From an uncultured Gemmatimonadales bacterium (lineage in GTDB: Bacteria > Gemmatimonadota > Gemmatimonadetes > Gemmatimonadales > GWC2-71-9), in assembly GCA_963798915.1 (NCBI GenBank), contig CAWCVB010000002.1, positions 32,001-96,000 of the forward strand: a stretch of 64,000 nucleotides of DNA, written 5' to 3'. Shown here piece after piece: positions 40,806 through 49,982 of this stretch (its first letter is position 1; every line of letters starts with the position of its first letter). The position numbers and the translations under genes were made by a program. The notes under the pieces were generated by a model. That model searched no databases. It was not told where the DNA came from and saw only the letters and a program-made list of their open reading frames with translations.

Positions 40806-42468
40806 TCAGCGAGAGTCGCCTTCCCGACTTCCCGTCTTCCCGCCCTCCCGTCGGTAATTCACATCCAGCGCGTCCAGCCGCTTCAGGTGCACCTGCAGTC
40901 GCCGCAGGAAATCAGCGTAATCCCGCCGCTCCTCCGGCGTCCACATCACTTCGCTGAACGCCGAGGTGCGGGGATAGGCCATGTACTCCGCCTGCTTTGG
41001 ACTGGGGATGTACTCGGTCCAGAGCTGGACCTGGGCTCCGAGAATGTGCTTGCGGTACTGCGGCTCCAGTGAATCGGGATACGGCTCATACGAATACACC
41101 GTGTCCATGGGCAGGTAACCACCAATGGCGATCGGTTCGTGCGCCGTGTCCAGCGACTGATAATGATCCAGATAGGTATGGCTCCCCGGCGCCATGACCA
41201 CATCGTGCCCCTGGCGCGCGGCGGCGATACCGCCCGCGACGCCCCGCCATGACATCACCGCCGCGCCCGGTGCCAGCCCGCCTTCGAGGATTTCGTCCCA
41301 GCCGATCAGCCGGCGGCCGTGGGCCGTGAGAAACTTGTCCATCTGGCGGATGAACCAGCTCTGCAGCTCCGACTCATCCTTGAGTCCCAGCTCCCTGATG
41401 CGCGCCTGGATCTCAGGGCTCGATTTCCACTGCGCCTTGGCGGCCTCGTCGCCGCCCACGTGAATGAACTTGGAGGGAAACAGCTCCATCACTTCGGTGA
41501 GCACGTCCTGATAGAACTTGACCGTGGCATCGGTCGGCTTGAGGATATTGCTGAAGACGCCCCAGTAGGTCGCCACCGTGGTGGTATCGCCTGCCATGCC
41601 CAGTTCGGGATAAGCGGCAATGGCCGCCACCGAATGTCCCGGCATTTCGATTTCCGGCACCACGTTGATGTGCCGCTCCGCGGCGTAGGCCACGATTTCC
41701 CGGATATCGTCCTGCGTATAGAAGCCGCCGGTCGGTGTGCTGTCGAACCGCATGGGCGCGCCGTTCCGCGGGTAGGGCGGAATCATCGTCTCCTTACGCC
41801 ATGCCCCGACGCCGGTGAGTTTCGGATACTTCCGTATCTCGATCCGCCAGCCCTGGTCATCGGTAAGGTGCCAGTGGAAGCTGTTCATCTTGTGGAGCGC
41901 GAGGAGGTCGAGGTACTTCTTGACGAACTCCTTGGGCATGAAGTGCCGCACCACGTCCAGGTGGGCGCCGCGCCACCGGAATCTTGGCTGGTCCTCGATG
42001 GTGACTGCCGGCATCGTCCACCGCATGCTGTCCAGCGGGGCTTCCCGGAAAATAGCCGGTGGCAGCAGCTGCCGGATGGTCTGGATGCCGTAAAAGAGCC
42101 CCGCGATCTCCGCGCGCACGCACGGTGACGCGGCGGGTCGTGACGGTGAGCCGGTACCCCTCGGGGCCCAAGGCGCCGAGCGAGGTATCCCGGATCAGCA
42201 CCAGTTCCGACGCCCCGGGCGTGCCACCCACATGGACCGGCAGCCGCCATCCCATGGCGGGTTCGAGATAATCGGCCAGCTGCTCGCCGATGTGCCGACC
42301 ACCATGAAGCACCCGGATCGCCGTCCCCGGCACGACGTGAAACACGCCGGTGCCCATGGTGACGTGGGCGGGGCGGGGAATGACCGCGAGCACGCCTTGA
42401 GCCGAGGCCAATGCCGGTGCCGGTGCCGTTGCGATGGCGCAAATCGTTGTCAAATAAAGCTTTAGCAT
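40806..42468 (-). CDS. beta-N-acetylhexosaminidase (GH20); +1 indel in C4 run at 42099-42102
   Basis: DQPRFRWRGAHLDVVRHF, HWHLTDDQGWR, HVGGDEA, LWTEYI; signal peptide and GH20b domain in another frame. Confidence 0.93.
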
Positions 42469-42571
42469 TTAGATACGGTTGCGGGATGGCGGATGGTTGA
42501 GTTTTGTAGCAATTTGGGATGCGGTCGCGAGTCACGGGTCGCGAGTCTCGTGACCCGCGACCCTGGACTCC

Positions 42572-42826
42572 CTACAGCCTTCTCGGTCGCAGCGCCCGCA
42601 CCAGCAGCAGCAGCACGACCGCACCGACGAACGCTACGATGATGGCGCCGAGCAGGCCTCCAGTCGGCGAAGTCACACCGAACGCATTGAACAGAAAACC
42701 GCCGATGACGGCGCCCAGCATTCCGACGATGATATCGCCGAGCAGGCCGTAGCCAATGCCTCCCACGGCGTAGCTGGCCAGCAGGCCGGCGATCAGCCCG
42801 ACGACGATCCAGGTAAGCAGAACCAT
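42572..42826 (-). CDS. GlsB/YeaQ/YmgE family stress membrane protein
   Basis: WIVVGLIAGLLA...DIIVGMLGAVIGG...VGAVVLL; GAGG RBS. Confidence 0.9.
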   Translation of the reverse strand: MVLLTWIVVGLIAGLLASYAVGGIGYGLLGDIIVGMLGAVIGGFLFNAFGVTSPTGGLLGAIIVAFVGAVVLLLLVRALRPRRL

Positions 42827-42901
42827 AAGTACCTCATATGAGACGAGACACATCGAACATACGTCACGCGGGTCCCCGTTGTAAGAGCAGGAGGCAGCAT
42901 C

Positions 42902-43138
42902 ATGGCCGACTTCAGGCGCACCATTCTTTCCGCTGACACCCAGACTCGCGCGGTCATTCACCAGCGCCCCGACGGATTCTATGCGGTCCAGTTCGAGCAG
43001 TATGACGACAGCATTGTCTCGGCGACGGGTGGCATGAGCGACCCCTTCTGGCGAGCGGGTGAAGCGGCGTCGGTCGTGTCCACCTTCGAGGATGCAGAGC
43101 GGCTGGCCACCGACCGGCTGGGCCTCGCGCCCGCCTGA
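42902..43138 (+). CDS. hypothetical protein
   Basis: AGGAGG RBS; coding-like composition. Confidence 0.6.
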   Translation: MADFRRTILSADTQTRAVIHQRPDGFYAVQFEQYDDSIVSATGGMSDPFWRAGEAASVVSTFEDAERLATDRLGLAPA

Positions 43139-43857
43139 CACCGGAGTCGTCCATTACCCTCGCCGGCTGGTTTCATCTCGGATTCTTCGGCCTCCTGATC
43201 CCGTGGCTGGCATGGCGCTCACGCAGCCGCCTGCTCGACCACCAGGCGGTGCCACGCGCCCGTCACCTGGCCAACGTGATTCTTCAGCTTGCCATCTTTC
43301 TGGTCATTTCGCTGGCGGTGGCGAGGGTGGAGTTCATCCCGATCTGGAAGCCGCCGGAAGGGCGCTGGCTCGCGTGGGTCCTTGCCGCCGCATTGGCCGT
43401 CCTCGGCGTGCTGGTCATGCGACCCCGCTGGCGCGCCAACGTCGAGCGGCGGGATCCCAAGGTGCGGCTCTTCATGCCGTCGGACGCACGCGAGCGCAGG
43501 CTCTGGATCCTGGTGTCCCTCGCCGCCGGCCTGAGCGAGGAGGTGACCTACCGCGGCGTCATGTTCGCCCTGCTCTGGATGGTGACGGCCTCGCCGGTGG
43601 CTTCCGCGCTCATCGCCTCGCTGGTCTTCGGCGTCAGTCATTCGGTGCAGGGATGGAAGACGGTGGCGATCGTGACCATCATCGCACTCCTCCTGCACGG
43701 GCTGGTCGCGGTGAGCGGGACGTTGTATCCGGCCATCGCTGCACACGCGGCGTACGACATGGTGGCCGGACTGACGTATGGGCGCCTCGGGCGGGACCTG
43801 GGTTATGATGATACAGCGCCGCCGGGCCACTTTCCGGAGCCCCTGCCGGCGCCCTGA
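43135..43857 (+). CDS. CPBP (Abi/CAAX) intramembrane metalloprotease
   Basis: EEVTYRG, FGVSHSVQG, AIAAHAAYD; frame extends upstream to a CTG overlapping the prior TGA. Confidence 0.85.
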   Translation: MTPESSITLAGWFHLGFFGLLIPWLAWRSRSRLLDHQAVPRARHLANVILQLAIFLVISLAVARVEFIPIWKPPEGRWLAWVLAAALAVLGVLVMRPRWRANVERRDPKVRLFMPSDARERRLWILVSLAAGLSEEVTYRGVMFALLWMVTASPVASALIASLVFGVSHSVQGWKTVAIVTIIALLLHGLVAVSGTLYPAIAAHAAYDMVAGLTYGRLGRDLGYDDTAPPGHFPEPLPAP

Positions 43858-43879
43858 CCGGTACCATGGAGCCCCCGCC

Positions 43880-44368
43880 ATGCTCGACCATATCCGTCGT
43901 CTCTTTGCCCATCTTGCCTGGGCCGATGCCCACGTCCTCGAATCCATCCGCCAGGCCGGCAATCCCGCCCGCGCCCGCGAGCTGTTTGCGCACGTCCTCG
44001 GCTGTGAACTCGTGTGGCTCGCCCGCATCGAGGGCAGCAAGCCCGACGTGGCGGTCTGGCCCGAGCTGTCGCTCTACCAATGCGGCATTCACGCCGGCCG
44101 GGTACGGGAGGAATACGAGCGCTACCTCGCGCTGGTCAGCGAGGAGAACCTCACCGAGAGCGTCCCTTACATCAACAGCGCCGGAAACTCCTACACTTCC
44201 GAAGTGGGCGACATCCTGCTGCAGGTGGCGCTGCATGGCGCGTATCACCGCGGACAGATCGCCATGCTGCTGCGCGACGGCGACGCAGTGCCCAGTCCCA
44301 CCGATTACATAGGCTTTGTCCGCGGCGCGCCGGCGGCCACCCGGATGGACGGTGCCGATCACCGTTGA
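43880..44368 (+). CDS. DinB family protein
   Basis: LFAHVL..E..W, LHGAYHRGQIA, PTDYI. Confidence 0.92.
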   Translation: MLDHIRRLFAHLAWADAHVLESIRQAGNPARARELFAHVLGCELVWLARIEGSKPDVAVWPELSLYQCGIHAGRVREEYERYLALVSEENLTESVPYINSAGNSYTSEVGDILLQVALHGAYHRGQIAMLLRDGDAVPSPTDYIGFVRGAPAATRMDGADHR

Positions 44369-44592
44369 TGGAACGCCGGATCACGGGCTTCCACCGGGAT
44401 GACGTAGGCCACTGGGTGGCCGAGCTCGACTGTGGCCACACCCAGCACGTGCGACACGACCCACCCTGGCAGGTGCGGGAATGGGTGGTGACACCACGCG
44501 GGCGCGCCGATCATCTGGGAACCGTGCTCGAATGCCGCCTGTGTGACAGCCAGGCTCGGGTCAGCATGCCGCCGGCAGCCCGTCACCATTGA
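44368..44592 (+). CDS. DUF3565 family protein
   Basis: GFHRDDVGHWVAELDCGHTQHVRHDPPWQVREWV...CRLCD. Confidence 0.9.
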   Translation: MERRITGFHRDDVGHWVAELDCGHTQHVRHDPPWQVREWVVTPRGRADHLGTVLECRLCDSQARVSMPPAARHH

Positions 44593-44624
44593 CTTTCCCA
44601 CCCCCAGTTCCGGATCTCCTGCCC

Positions 44625-45371
44625 ATGCACTCATCGACCTGTCGCATCGCCGGCCCCGTTGCGCTCGTGATGCTCTTCGCCATGTTGCCCGGCCGCGCAT
44701 CGGCGCAGGCCGCCGATGGCCGGGTACATCTCACCGGCAACCTGAGTTTCGTCAATACGGCGGGCAACAGCGAGCTGACCACCATCAGCGGCGACGAAGC
44801 GCTGCTGGAAATGACGACCGATTCACTCTGGAAATTCCAGCAATCGGGGGCGGCCGTCTATGGCCGGTCGCAGGACTCCACCACGGCCAGCGCCTTCAAG
44901 GCCGGCGCCCGGGTCGACCGCACCCTGGCGTCTCAGCTCTCGGCCTTTGTCAGCGGCAACTGGGAGCGAAACCGGTTTGCCGGCATTGCCCGCCGGTTCG
45001 AGGAGAACCTCGGGCTGGCGTACCAGCTGCTGGCGCTGGAACGTGACCACCTCGGCCTGGAGGCTGGCGCCGCGTTCAACCAGCAGCGAAGCACCGCGGG
45101 GGTCGACGACAACTTCGTCGCGATTCGGGCGGCGGCGGCGTTCAGGCACCTCCTGACCGACAAGGCCTATTTCCAGCAGCTGGCCGAGGTGCTGCCCAAC
45201 CTGGAGGCGGCCAAGGACGTGCGGATCAACGCCGAGACCGCGCTGGTGGCACCGATTTCCCAGGCGATCGCCCTCAAGCTCAGCTATACCATCCACTTCG
45301 ACAATTTGCCGGAGCCGGGCTTCAAGAAGACCGACCGGACCCTGAGTTCGGGCATTCAGGTGACGTTCTAG
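44625..45371 (+). CDS. DUF481/YdiY family outer-membrane beta-barrel
   Basis: Signal peptide; NTAGNS; KKTDRTLSSGIQVTF with terminal Phe. Confidence 0.85.
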   Translation: MHSSTCRIAGPVALVMLFAMLPGRASAQAADGRVHLTGNLSFVNTAGNSELTTISGDEALLEMTTDSLWKFQQSGAAVYGRSQDSTTASAFKAGARVDRTLASQLSAFVSGNWERNRFAGIARRFEENLGLAYQLLALERDHLGLEAGAAFNQQRSTAGVDDNFVAIRAAAAFRHLLTDKAYFQQLAEVLPNLEAAKDVRINAETALVAPISQAIALKLSYTIHFDNLPEPGFKKTDRTLSSGIQVTF

Positions 45372-45380
45372 GCGCGAAGG

Positions 45381-45497
45381 CGGTCAACGGTCAACGGTCG
45401 ACGGTCGACGGTCGACGATTCAATGTACGGGCACGGCATGCCGTGCCCCTACGTCCTGCCCGTCCCGCCCGTCTTGCCCGCCTTGCCCGTCCTGTCG
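45381..45497. repeat. composite repeat: (CGGTCRA)x5, GTAG-type REP (45425-45452), 9-mer (CCTGCCCGT)n
   Basis: GTACGGGCACGGCATGCCGTGCCCCTAC palindrome between tandem arrays. Confidence 0.85.
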
Positions 45498-45601
45498 AGC
45501 CGCCATCCCTAGCCGAATCACCCCATATGACGCATAGTCATAGGTACCTGGCAGCCGTCCGTGGGGTGCCAGGACGCGGTGTCACCTTTCTGGAGGGCGA
45601 T

Positions 45602-45859
45602 ATGCATTTACTGTGGACACTGGTCATCGGCCTGGTCGCGGGCATCGTCGCCAAGATGATCATGCCCGGAAAAGATCCCGGCGGCATCATCATTACCATG
45701 CTGATCGGCATCGCCGGCGCATTCGTCGGCACCTGGCTGGGTCGCCTGCTGGGCCTCTACCAGGAGGGGCAGACTGCCGGCTTCATTGCCTCCGTCGTGG
45801 GCGCCATCGTCCTCCTGGCTATTTACCGCATGTTTACCAAGAAATCTCCAGCCGTCTGA
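45602..45859 (+). CDS. GlsB/YeaQ/YmgE family stress membrane protein
   Basis: IGLVAGIVAKMIMPGKDPGGIIITMLIGIAG; GGAGG RBS. Confidence 0.93.
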   Translation: MHLLWTLVIGLVAGIVAKMIMPGKDPGGIIITMLIGIAGAFVGTWLGRLLGLYQEGQTAGFIASVVGAIVLLAIYRMFTKKSPAV

Positions 45860-45873
45860 CGCCGGCACCGGAC

Positions 45874-45914
45874 ACACCACGAGCCCGGAGCGTCCTGCTC
45901 CGGGCTCGTGGTGT
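45874..45914. terminator. 18-bp stem hairpin between convergent genes
   Basis: ACACCACGAGCCCGGAGC-GTCCT-GCTCCGGGCTCGTGGTGT. Confidence 0.7.
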
Positions 45915-45927
45915 CTCAGGCCACTGC

Positions 45928-46131
45928 TCAATCCTGGAGGACGAACGTCACCTTCAGGACAACGCGATACGTGGCGATCCTGCCGTTCTCGATGTCCACC
46001 TTCATCGACTTGACCCAGGCGCCCTGGACGTCCTGAACCGTCTTGCCGGCACGCGCCACCCCCGAGGTGATGGCATCCTCGAAGCTGGTCGTGGACGTGG
46101 CGGAGACTTCGATCACTTTGGCGACGGACAT
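45928..46131 (-). CDS. dodecin family protein
   Basis: SVAKVIEVSATSTTSFEDAI...YRVVLKVTFVL. Confidence 0.93.
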   Translation of the reverse strand: MSVAKVIEVSATSTTSFEDAITSGVARAGKTVQDVQGAWVKSMKVDIENGRIATYRVVLKVTFVLQD

Positions 46132-46149
46132 GCTCCCGCTCCCTTTCGA

Positions 46150-46623
46150 TTACTTGACCGTGAAGTCGCGGGTGCCGGCGCTCTCGCCGTCAGCCCACAC
46201 CTCGACGTGGTAGTCACCGGAGGGCAAGCCGCTCGGACGCGACACATGGAACTCGGTCGTCGTCGGGCCGGCCGGGGTGACGCGGATCGACGTGGAATCC
46301 ACGCGGGCGTTATTGCCGTCCTTCTCGTAGGTCCACACTGCCGTCAACGTCGAGCCCGACGCCGGCGCACCGTTGGTCTTCACCGCCGCATAAATGGTAT
46401 CGTTGGGCGCGAACTCGGTCTTGGGCATGGTGACGTTCCGGTCCTGTCCCACCGCGCTGCCAAGCTGAATGTCGGCGACATCCAGCGCATTGCTGGTGTT
46501 CACCGCCGGCGGCTCGGTGCCTTCCACGATCGGCTGGGTGTTGTTCCGATCGTCATTGTCATTGCAGGCAACCGCGGCGACGACCGCGAAGGCGGCTACG
46601 AGCAAGTGCAATCGTGCTTTCAT
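46150..46623 (-). CDS. hypothetical lipoprotein (Ig-like)
   Basis: GGAGGAG RBS; AVA-C lipobox; FAPNDTIYA, GDYHVEV. Confidence 0.75.
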   Translation of the reverse strand: MKARLHLLVAAFAVVAAVACNDNDDRNNTQPIVEGTEPPAVNTSNALDVADIQLGSAVGQDRNVTMPKTEFAPNDTIYAAVKTNGAPASGSTLTAVWTYEKDGNNARVDSTSIRVTPAGPTTTEFHVSRPSGLPSGDYHVEVWADGESAGTRDFTVK

Positions 46624-46642
46624 GGTATCACTCCTCCGTGGT

Positions 46643-46915
46643 TCAGGCACCGGGAATTTCGAGCACCTGGTCAGGATAGATGAGGTCAGGGTTCTTGATC
46701 TGGTCCTGGTTCGCTTCGTAGATCTGCTTCCACTTCGAGGCATCGCCGTAGACAGCCTTGGCGATTTTCGACAGACTGTCGCCCTTCTTCACCGTATACT
46801 TCTGGCCTGCGGCACCGGCCCCGGCCTCCCGGCCGGCGGTACCTGGCGCACCGGACGTGGCGCCACTTCTGACATCGGAGAAATCCGGCATGGATGTATC
46901 GTTCGGCTTCGGCAT
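46643..46915 (-). CDS. LysM domain protein
   Basis: YTVKKGDSLSKIAKAVYGDASKWKQIYEAN...IYPDQVLEIP. Confidence 0.93.
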   Translation of the reverse strand: MPKPNDTSMPDFSDVRSGATSGAPGTAGREAGAGAAGQKYTVKKGDSLSKIAKAVYGDASKWKQIYEANQDQIKNPDLIYPDQVLEIPGA

Positions 46916-47020
46916 TGACGTGTCCTTCCTGGCGGAACCGCTGGATGAGCCTGGCGCGCGCCCGGGGTTGCAGGCACGACGGCAGAAGACCAAATATCGC
47001 CCCTCGGGGAGGTCAGTTAG

Positions 47021-47518
47021 GTGAGCCGGGTCACACGGGGGCGCCGGAAGAACGGCCGCGGCCCCGGACCCCTGCTGGCGTGGGTGGCTGGCGTGGAGGC
47101 CGTGGGTGCGATTTCAGCGATGGTGGTGCGGCGGGGCGCCTGGTACACTGCGCTGGCCAAACCGGCCTGGACCCCGCCAGACTGGGTCTTTGCCCCAGTT
47201 TGGGTGGCGCTTTATGCCACCATGGCGGTGGCCGCCTGGATGGTCTGGCGAGAACGGGACCGGCTGACCGTCCGGAAGGCGCTCATCTGGTTTGGCGTCC
47301 AGCTGGCCTTCAACGCACTCTGGAATCCACTCTTCTTCGGATTCCGACGGCTGGACCTGGCCATGCTGGATCTTTCGCTGCTCTGGGTGGCCATCCTGCT
47401 CACGATGCGGAATTTTCACCGTGTCCGGGCGGTCGCCGGATGGCTCCTGGTCCCCTACCTTGCATGGGTCACGTTCGCGGGGGCGCTGACGCTGTCCATA
47501 TGGGTGCGGAACGGCTGA
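47021..47518 (+). CDS. tspO: TspO/MBR tryptophan-rich sensory protein
   Basis: WYTALAKPAWTPPDWVFAPVW, LLVPYLAWVTFA. Confidence 0.93.
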   Translation: MSRVTRGRRKNGRGPGPLLAWVAGVEAVGAISAMVVRRGAWYTALAKPAWTPPDWVFAPVWVALYATMAVAAWMVWRERDRLTVRKALIWFGVQLAFNALWNPLFFGFRRLDLAMLDLSLLWVAILLTMRNFHRVRAVAGWLLVPYLAWVTFAGALTLSIWVRNG

Positions 47519-47880
47519 TGGCAGCCCCGTCCGCATACGAGAGGATCTATGGCGTGGTCCGCCGGATTCCACGCGGAAAGGTCGCCACCTATGGGCAGGT
47601 GGCAGAACTGGCGGGCCTCCCGGGCAGGGCCCGGCAGACGGGATACGCCCTGCACGCCCTCGGCGGCGCGACCGCCGTCCCCTGGCATCGGGTACTGAAC
47701 GCCAGGGGGATGGTGAGCCTGCCGCCCGGCTCGCCTGCGGCACTGGAACAGCGACTGCTGCTGGAAGCTGAGGGCGTGCAGTTTGACCAGCGCGGGCAGG
47801 TGCCACTCGAGCGGCATCGCTGGCGCCCGCATCACGCGCCGGCCTCCGGCCGGCCGACTCAACGAGGCAGGACACGATGA
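47518..47880 (+). CDS. alkyltransferase-like protein (ATL/YbaZ type)
   Basis: IPRGKVATYGQVA; PWHRV (Trp in place of the MGMT Cys). Confidence 0.9.
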   Translation: MAAPSAYERIYGVVRRIPRGKVATYGQVAELAGLPGRARQTGYALHALGGATAVPWHRVLNARGMVSLPPGSPAALEQRLLLEAEGVQFDQRGQVPLERHRWRPHHAPASGRPTQRGRTR

Positions 47881-48404
47881 GCATTTCAATTCCGCGTCCC
47901 GACCCGGGCGAGTTCGCCGAGGCCTACGCCGGCTACATCGCGGAGGCTTCGGACGTCACCGACCTCATCACCCACCTTGCCAAGCAGGGCGACCAGACTC
48001 GCAAGCTCTTCACGGCCCTGTCGGATGCGCAGGCGGATTTCCGCTATGCGCCCGATAAGTGGACCGTCCGCGACATCATGCTGCACCTGGCCGACTCGGA
48101 ACGGGTCTTTGCCTACCGCGTGCTGCGGTTCGCACGGAATGACGCCACGCCGCTGCCCGGGTTCGAGGAGCAGGACTGGGCCCGCGCGGCCGGCGCCGAC
48201 GTGCGCGGCATCGCCGGGCTCGCAGCCGAGCTGCACGCGGTGCGCGTCGCCAGCGTGGCACTGCTGCAGGGGCTGGGCGAGGATACCCTCGAACGCCGCG
48301 GCGTCGCCAGTGGCAGTCCCATTACCGTGCGCGCGCTCGCGTGGGTCATCGCGGGCCACGAACTCCATCATCTGCGCATCGTGCGCGAACGCTATCTCAG
48401 CTGA
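47877..48404 (+). CDS. DinB family protein
   Basis: YAPDKWT, HLADSERVFAYR, AGHELHH. Confidence 0.92.
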   Translation: MSISIPRPDPGEFAEAYAGYIAEASDVTDLITHLAKQGDQTRKLFTALSDAQADFRYAPDKWTVRDIMLHLADSERVFAYRVLRFARNDATPLPGFEEQDWARAAGADVRGIAGLAAELHAVRVASVALLQGLGEDTLERRGVASGSPITVRALAWVIAGHELHHLRIVRERYLS

Positions 48405-48433
48405 GTACTCCGTCTTCCCACAGGATCCTCGTC

Positions 48434-48925
48434 ATGAAAGTTGCCGTCACACTCGCACTCGTCACACTGGCCGCCTGCAACCAGAAGGTGGACCATGCCA
48501 ACCTGCCGGCCGCGTCGGCTGACACGACTGTCCAGTCCGCCTCCGCCGCCCTGCCCGCTATGACGGTGTACAAGTCACCCACCTGCGGATGCTGCACGAG
48601 CTGGGTCGAGGCGGTGAAGGAGGCGGGCTTTACGGTCACGGTGCACGACGTGAATGACGTCACGCCGGTCAAGGACGATGCCGGAGTGCCGGTGGACAAG
48701 CGCGCCTGCCACACCGCGATCATTGCCGGCTACACCATTGAAGGACATGTGCCGCCCGCCACGATCAAGCGGTTCCTCGCGGAGCATCCCGCCGTCGCCG
48801 GCCTGGCCGTGCCCGGGATGCCGGCGGGCTCACCGGGCATGGAAATGCCGGGGCAGGCACCGGATCACTACGACGTGGTCGCCTTCCAGGCCAATGGCAC
48901 GTCATCGGTCTACGAGAGTCATTGA
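48434..48925 (+). CDS. DUF411 (CopG-like) metal-binding lipoprotein
   Basis: YKSPTCGCC, ACHTA, IEGHVP, GLAVPGMPAGSPGME. Confidence 0.92.
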   Translation: MKVAVTLALVTLAACNQKVDHANLPAASADTTVQSASAALPAMTVYKSPTCGCCTSWVEAVKEAGFTVTVHDVNDVTPVKDDAGVPVDKRACHTAIIAGYTIEGHVPPATIKRFLAEHPAVAGLAVPGMPAGSPGMEMPGQAPDHYDVVAFQANGTSSVYESH

Positions 48926-49974
48926 TGCGAATGGCCCGGGCAGCCGCGGTGACCGTGCTGCTTGCCAGTTGCAATGCGCCGGCACCGCTGCCCTGGCCGT
49001 CACTGGGACGGGAGACCCAATCGAGCGGTACCGCCGCACTGCTGCAGGCCGTGAGTGCGGTCAACGACACCGTGGTCTGGGTGAGCGGACACCGCGGCAC
49101 CTGGGCACGGACACTGGATGGCGGCCGGACCTGGACCACCGGGACCGTGGCTGGTGGTGACACGCTGCAGTTTCGGGACGTCCACGCCGCCAGCGCCGAT
49201 ACCGCCTGGCTGCTGAGTGCGGGACCGGGCGACCTGTCGCGTATCTATCGTACCACCGACGGTGGTGCCAGCTGGGCGCTCCAGTTCCGCAACGCCATTC
49301 CAGACGGATTCTACGATTGCATGGCTTTCTGGGACGGCCGGCACGGGCTGGTGTACGGCGATGAAGTCGACGGCCAGCTCATGGTGCTGGAGACCACCGA
49401 CGGCGAGCATTGGGCCAGCATCACGGCGGGGCGGCTGCCGCCGGCGCTGGATGGGGAGGGAGGATTTGCGGCCAGCGGAACTTGCCTCGTGACGGCGCCG
49501 GGCGGCCTGGCCTGGATCGGAACGGGCAACGGGCCGTCGGCGCGAGTGCTGCGGTCAACCGACTACGGGCGGAATTGGGTCGCCAGCGAGACGCCCATTG
49601 CTGGCGGCGAGGCTGCGGGGATCGCCACCGTGGCCTTCAGCGATGCCAGACGCGGCGCGGCGCTGGGCGGGCCCATCGCCAGCCCTGACGCGGTGAGTGA
49701 GAATGTCAGCATCACCACCGATGGCGGCGCAACCTGGGACAGCGGCGGCCGGCCCACGTTTGCGGGGGCGGTCTACGGCGCCGCGTTCGTGCCGGGCAGC
49801 CGGACGCTCGTAGCGGTGGGCCCGCGCGGCGCCAGTGTGTCGCCCGACGGCGGGCGACACTGGGCCGCGCTGGATACCCTGAGCTACTGGGGACTGGGCT
49901 TTGCGCCCGGCGGCGGCGGCTGGCTGGTGGGACCGCGGGGACGAATCACCCACATCCGGACCAGCGGGCAGTAG
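48925..49974 (+). CDS. BNR/Asp-box repeat (YCF48-like) lipoprotein
   Basis: Repeated TxDGGxxW; EGGFAASGTC. Confidence 0.85.
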   Translation: MRMARAAAVTVLLASCNAPAPLPWPSLGRETQSSGTAALLQAVSAVNDTVVWVSGHRGTWARTLDGGRTWTTGTVAGGDTLQFRDVHAASADTAWLLSAGPGDLSRIYRTTDGGASWALQFRNAIPDGFYDCMAFWDGRHGLVYGDEVDGQLMVLETTDGEHWASITAGRLPPALDGEGGFAASGTCLVTAPGGLAWIGTGNGPSARVLRSTDYGRNWVASETPIAGGEAAGIATVAFSDARRGAALGGPIASPDAVSENVSITTDGGATWDSGGRPTFAGAVYGAAFVPGSRTLVAVGPRGASVSPDGGRHWAALDTLSYWGLGFAPGGGGWLVGPRGRITHIRTSGQ

Positions 49975-49982
49975 CCCTCCGC

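Noticed and set aside
47518..47880. O6-methylguanine methyltransferase (ogt)
   Set aside because: PWHRV lacks the acceptor Cys, so it is an ATL.
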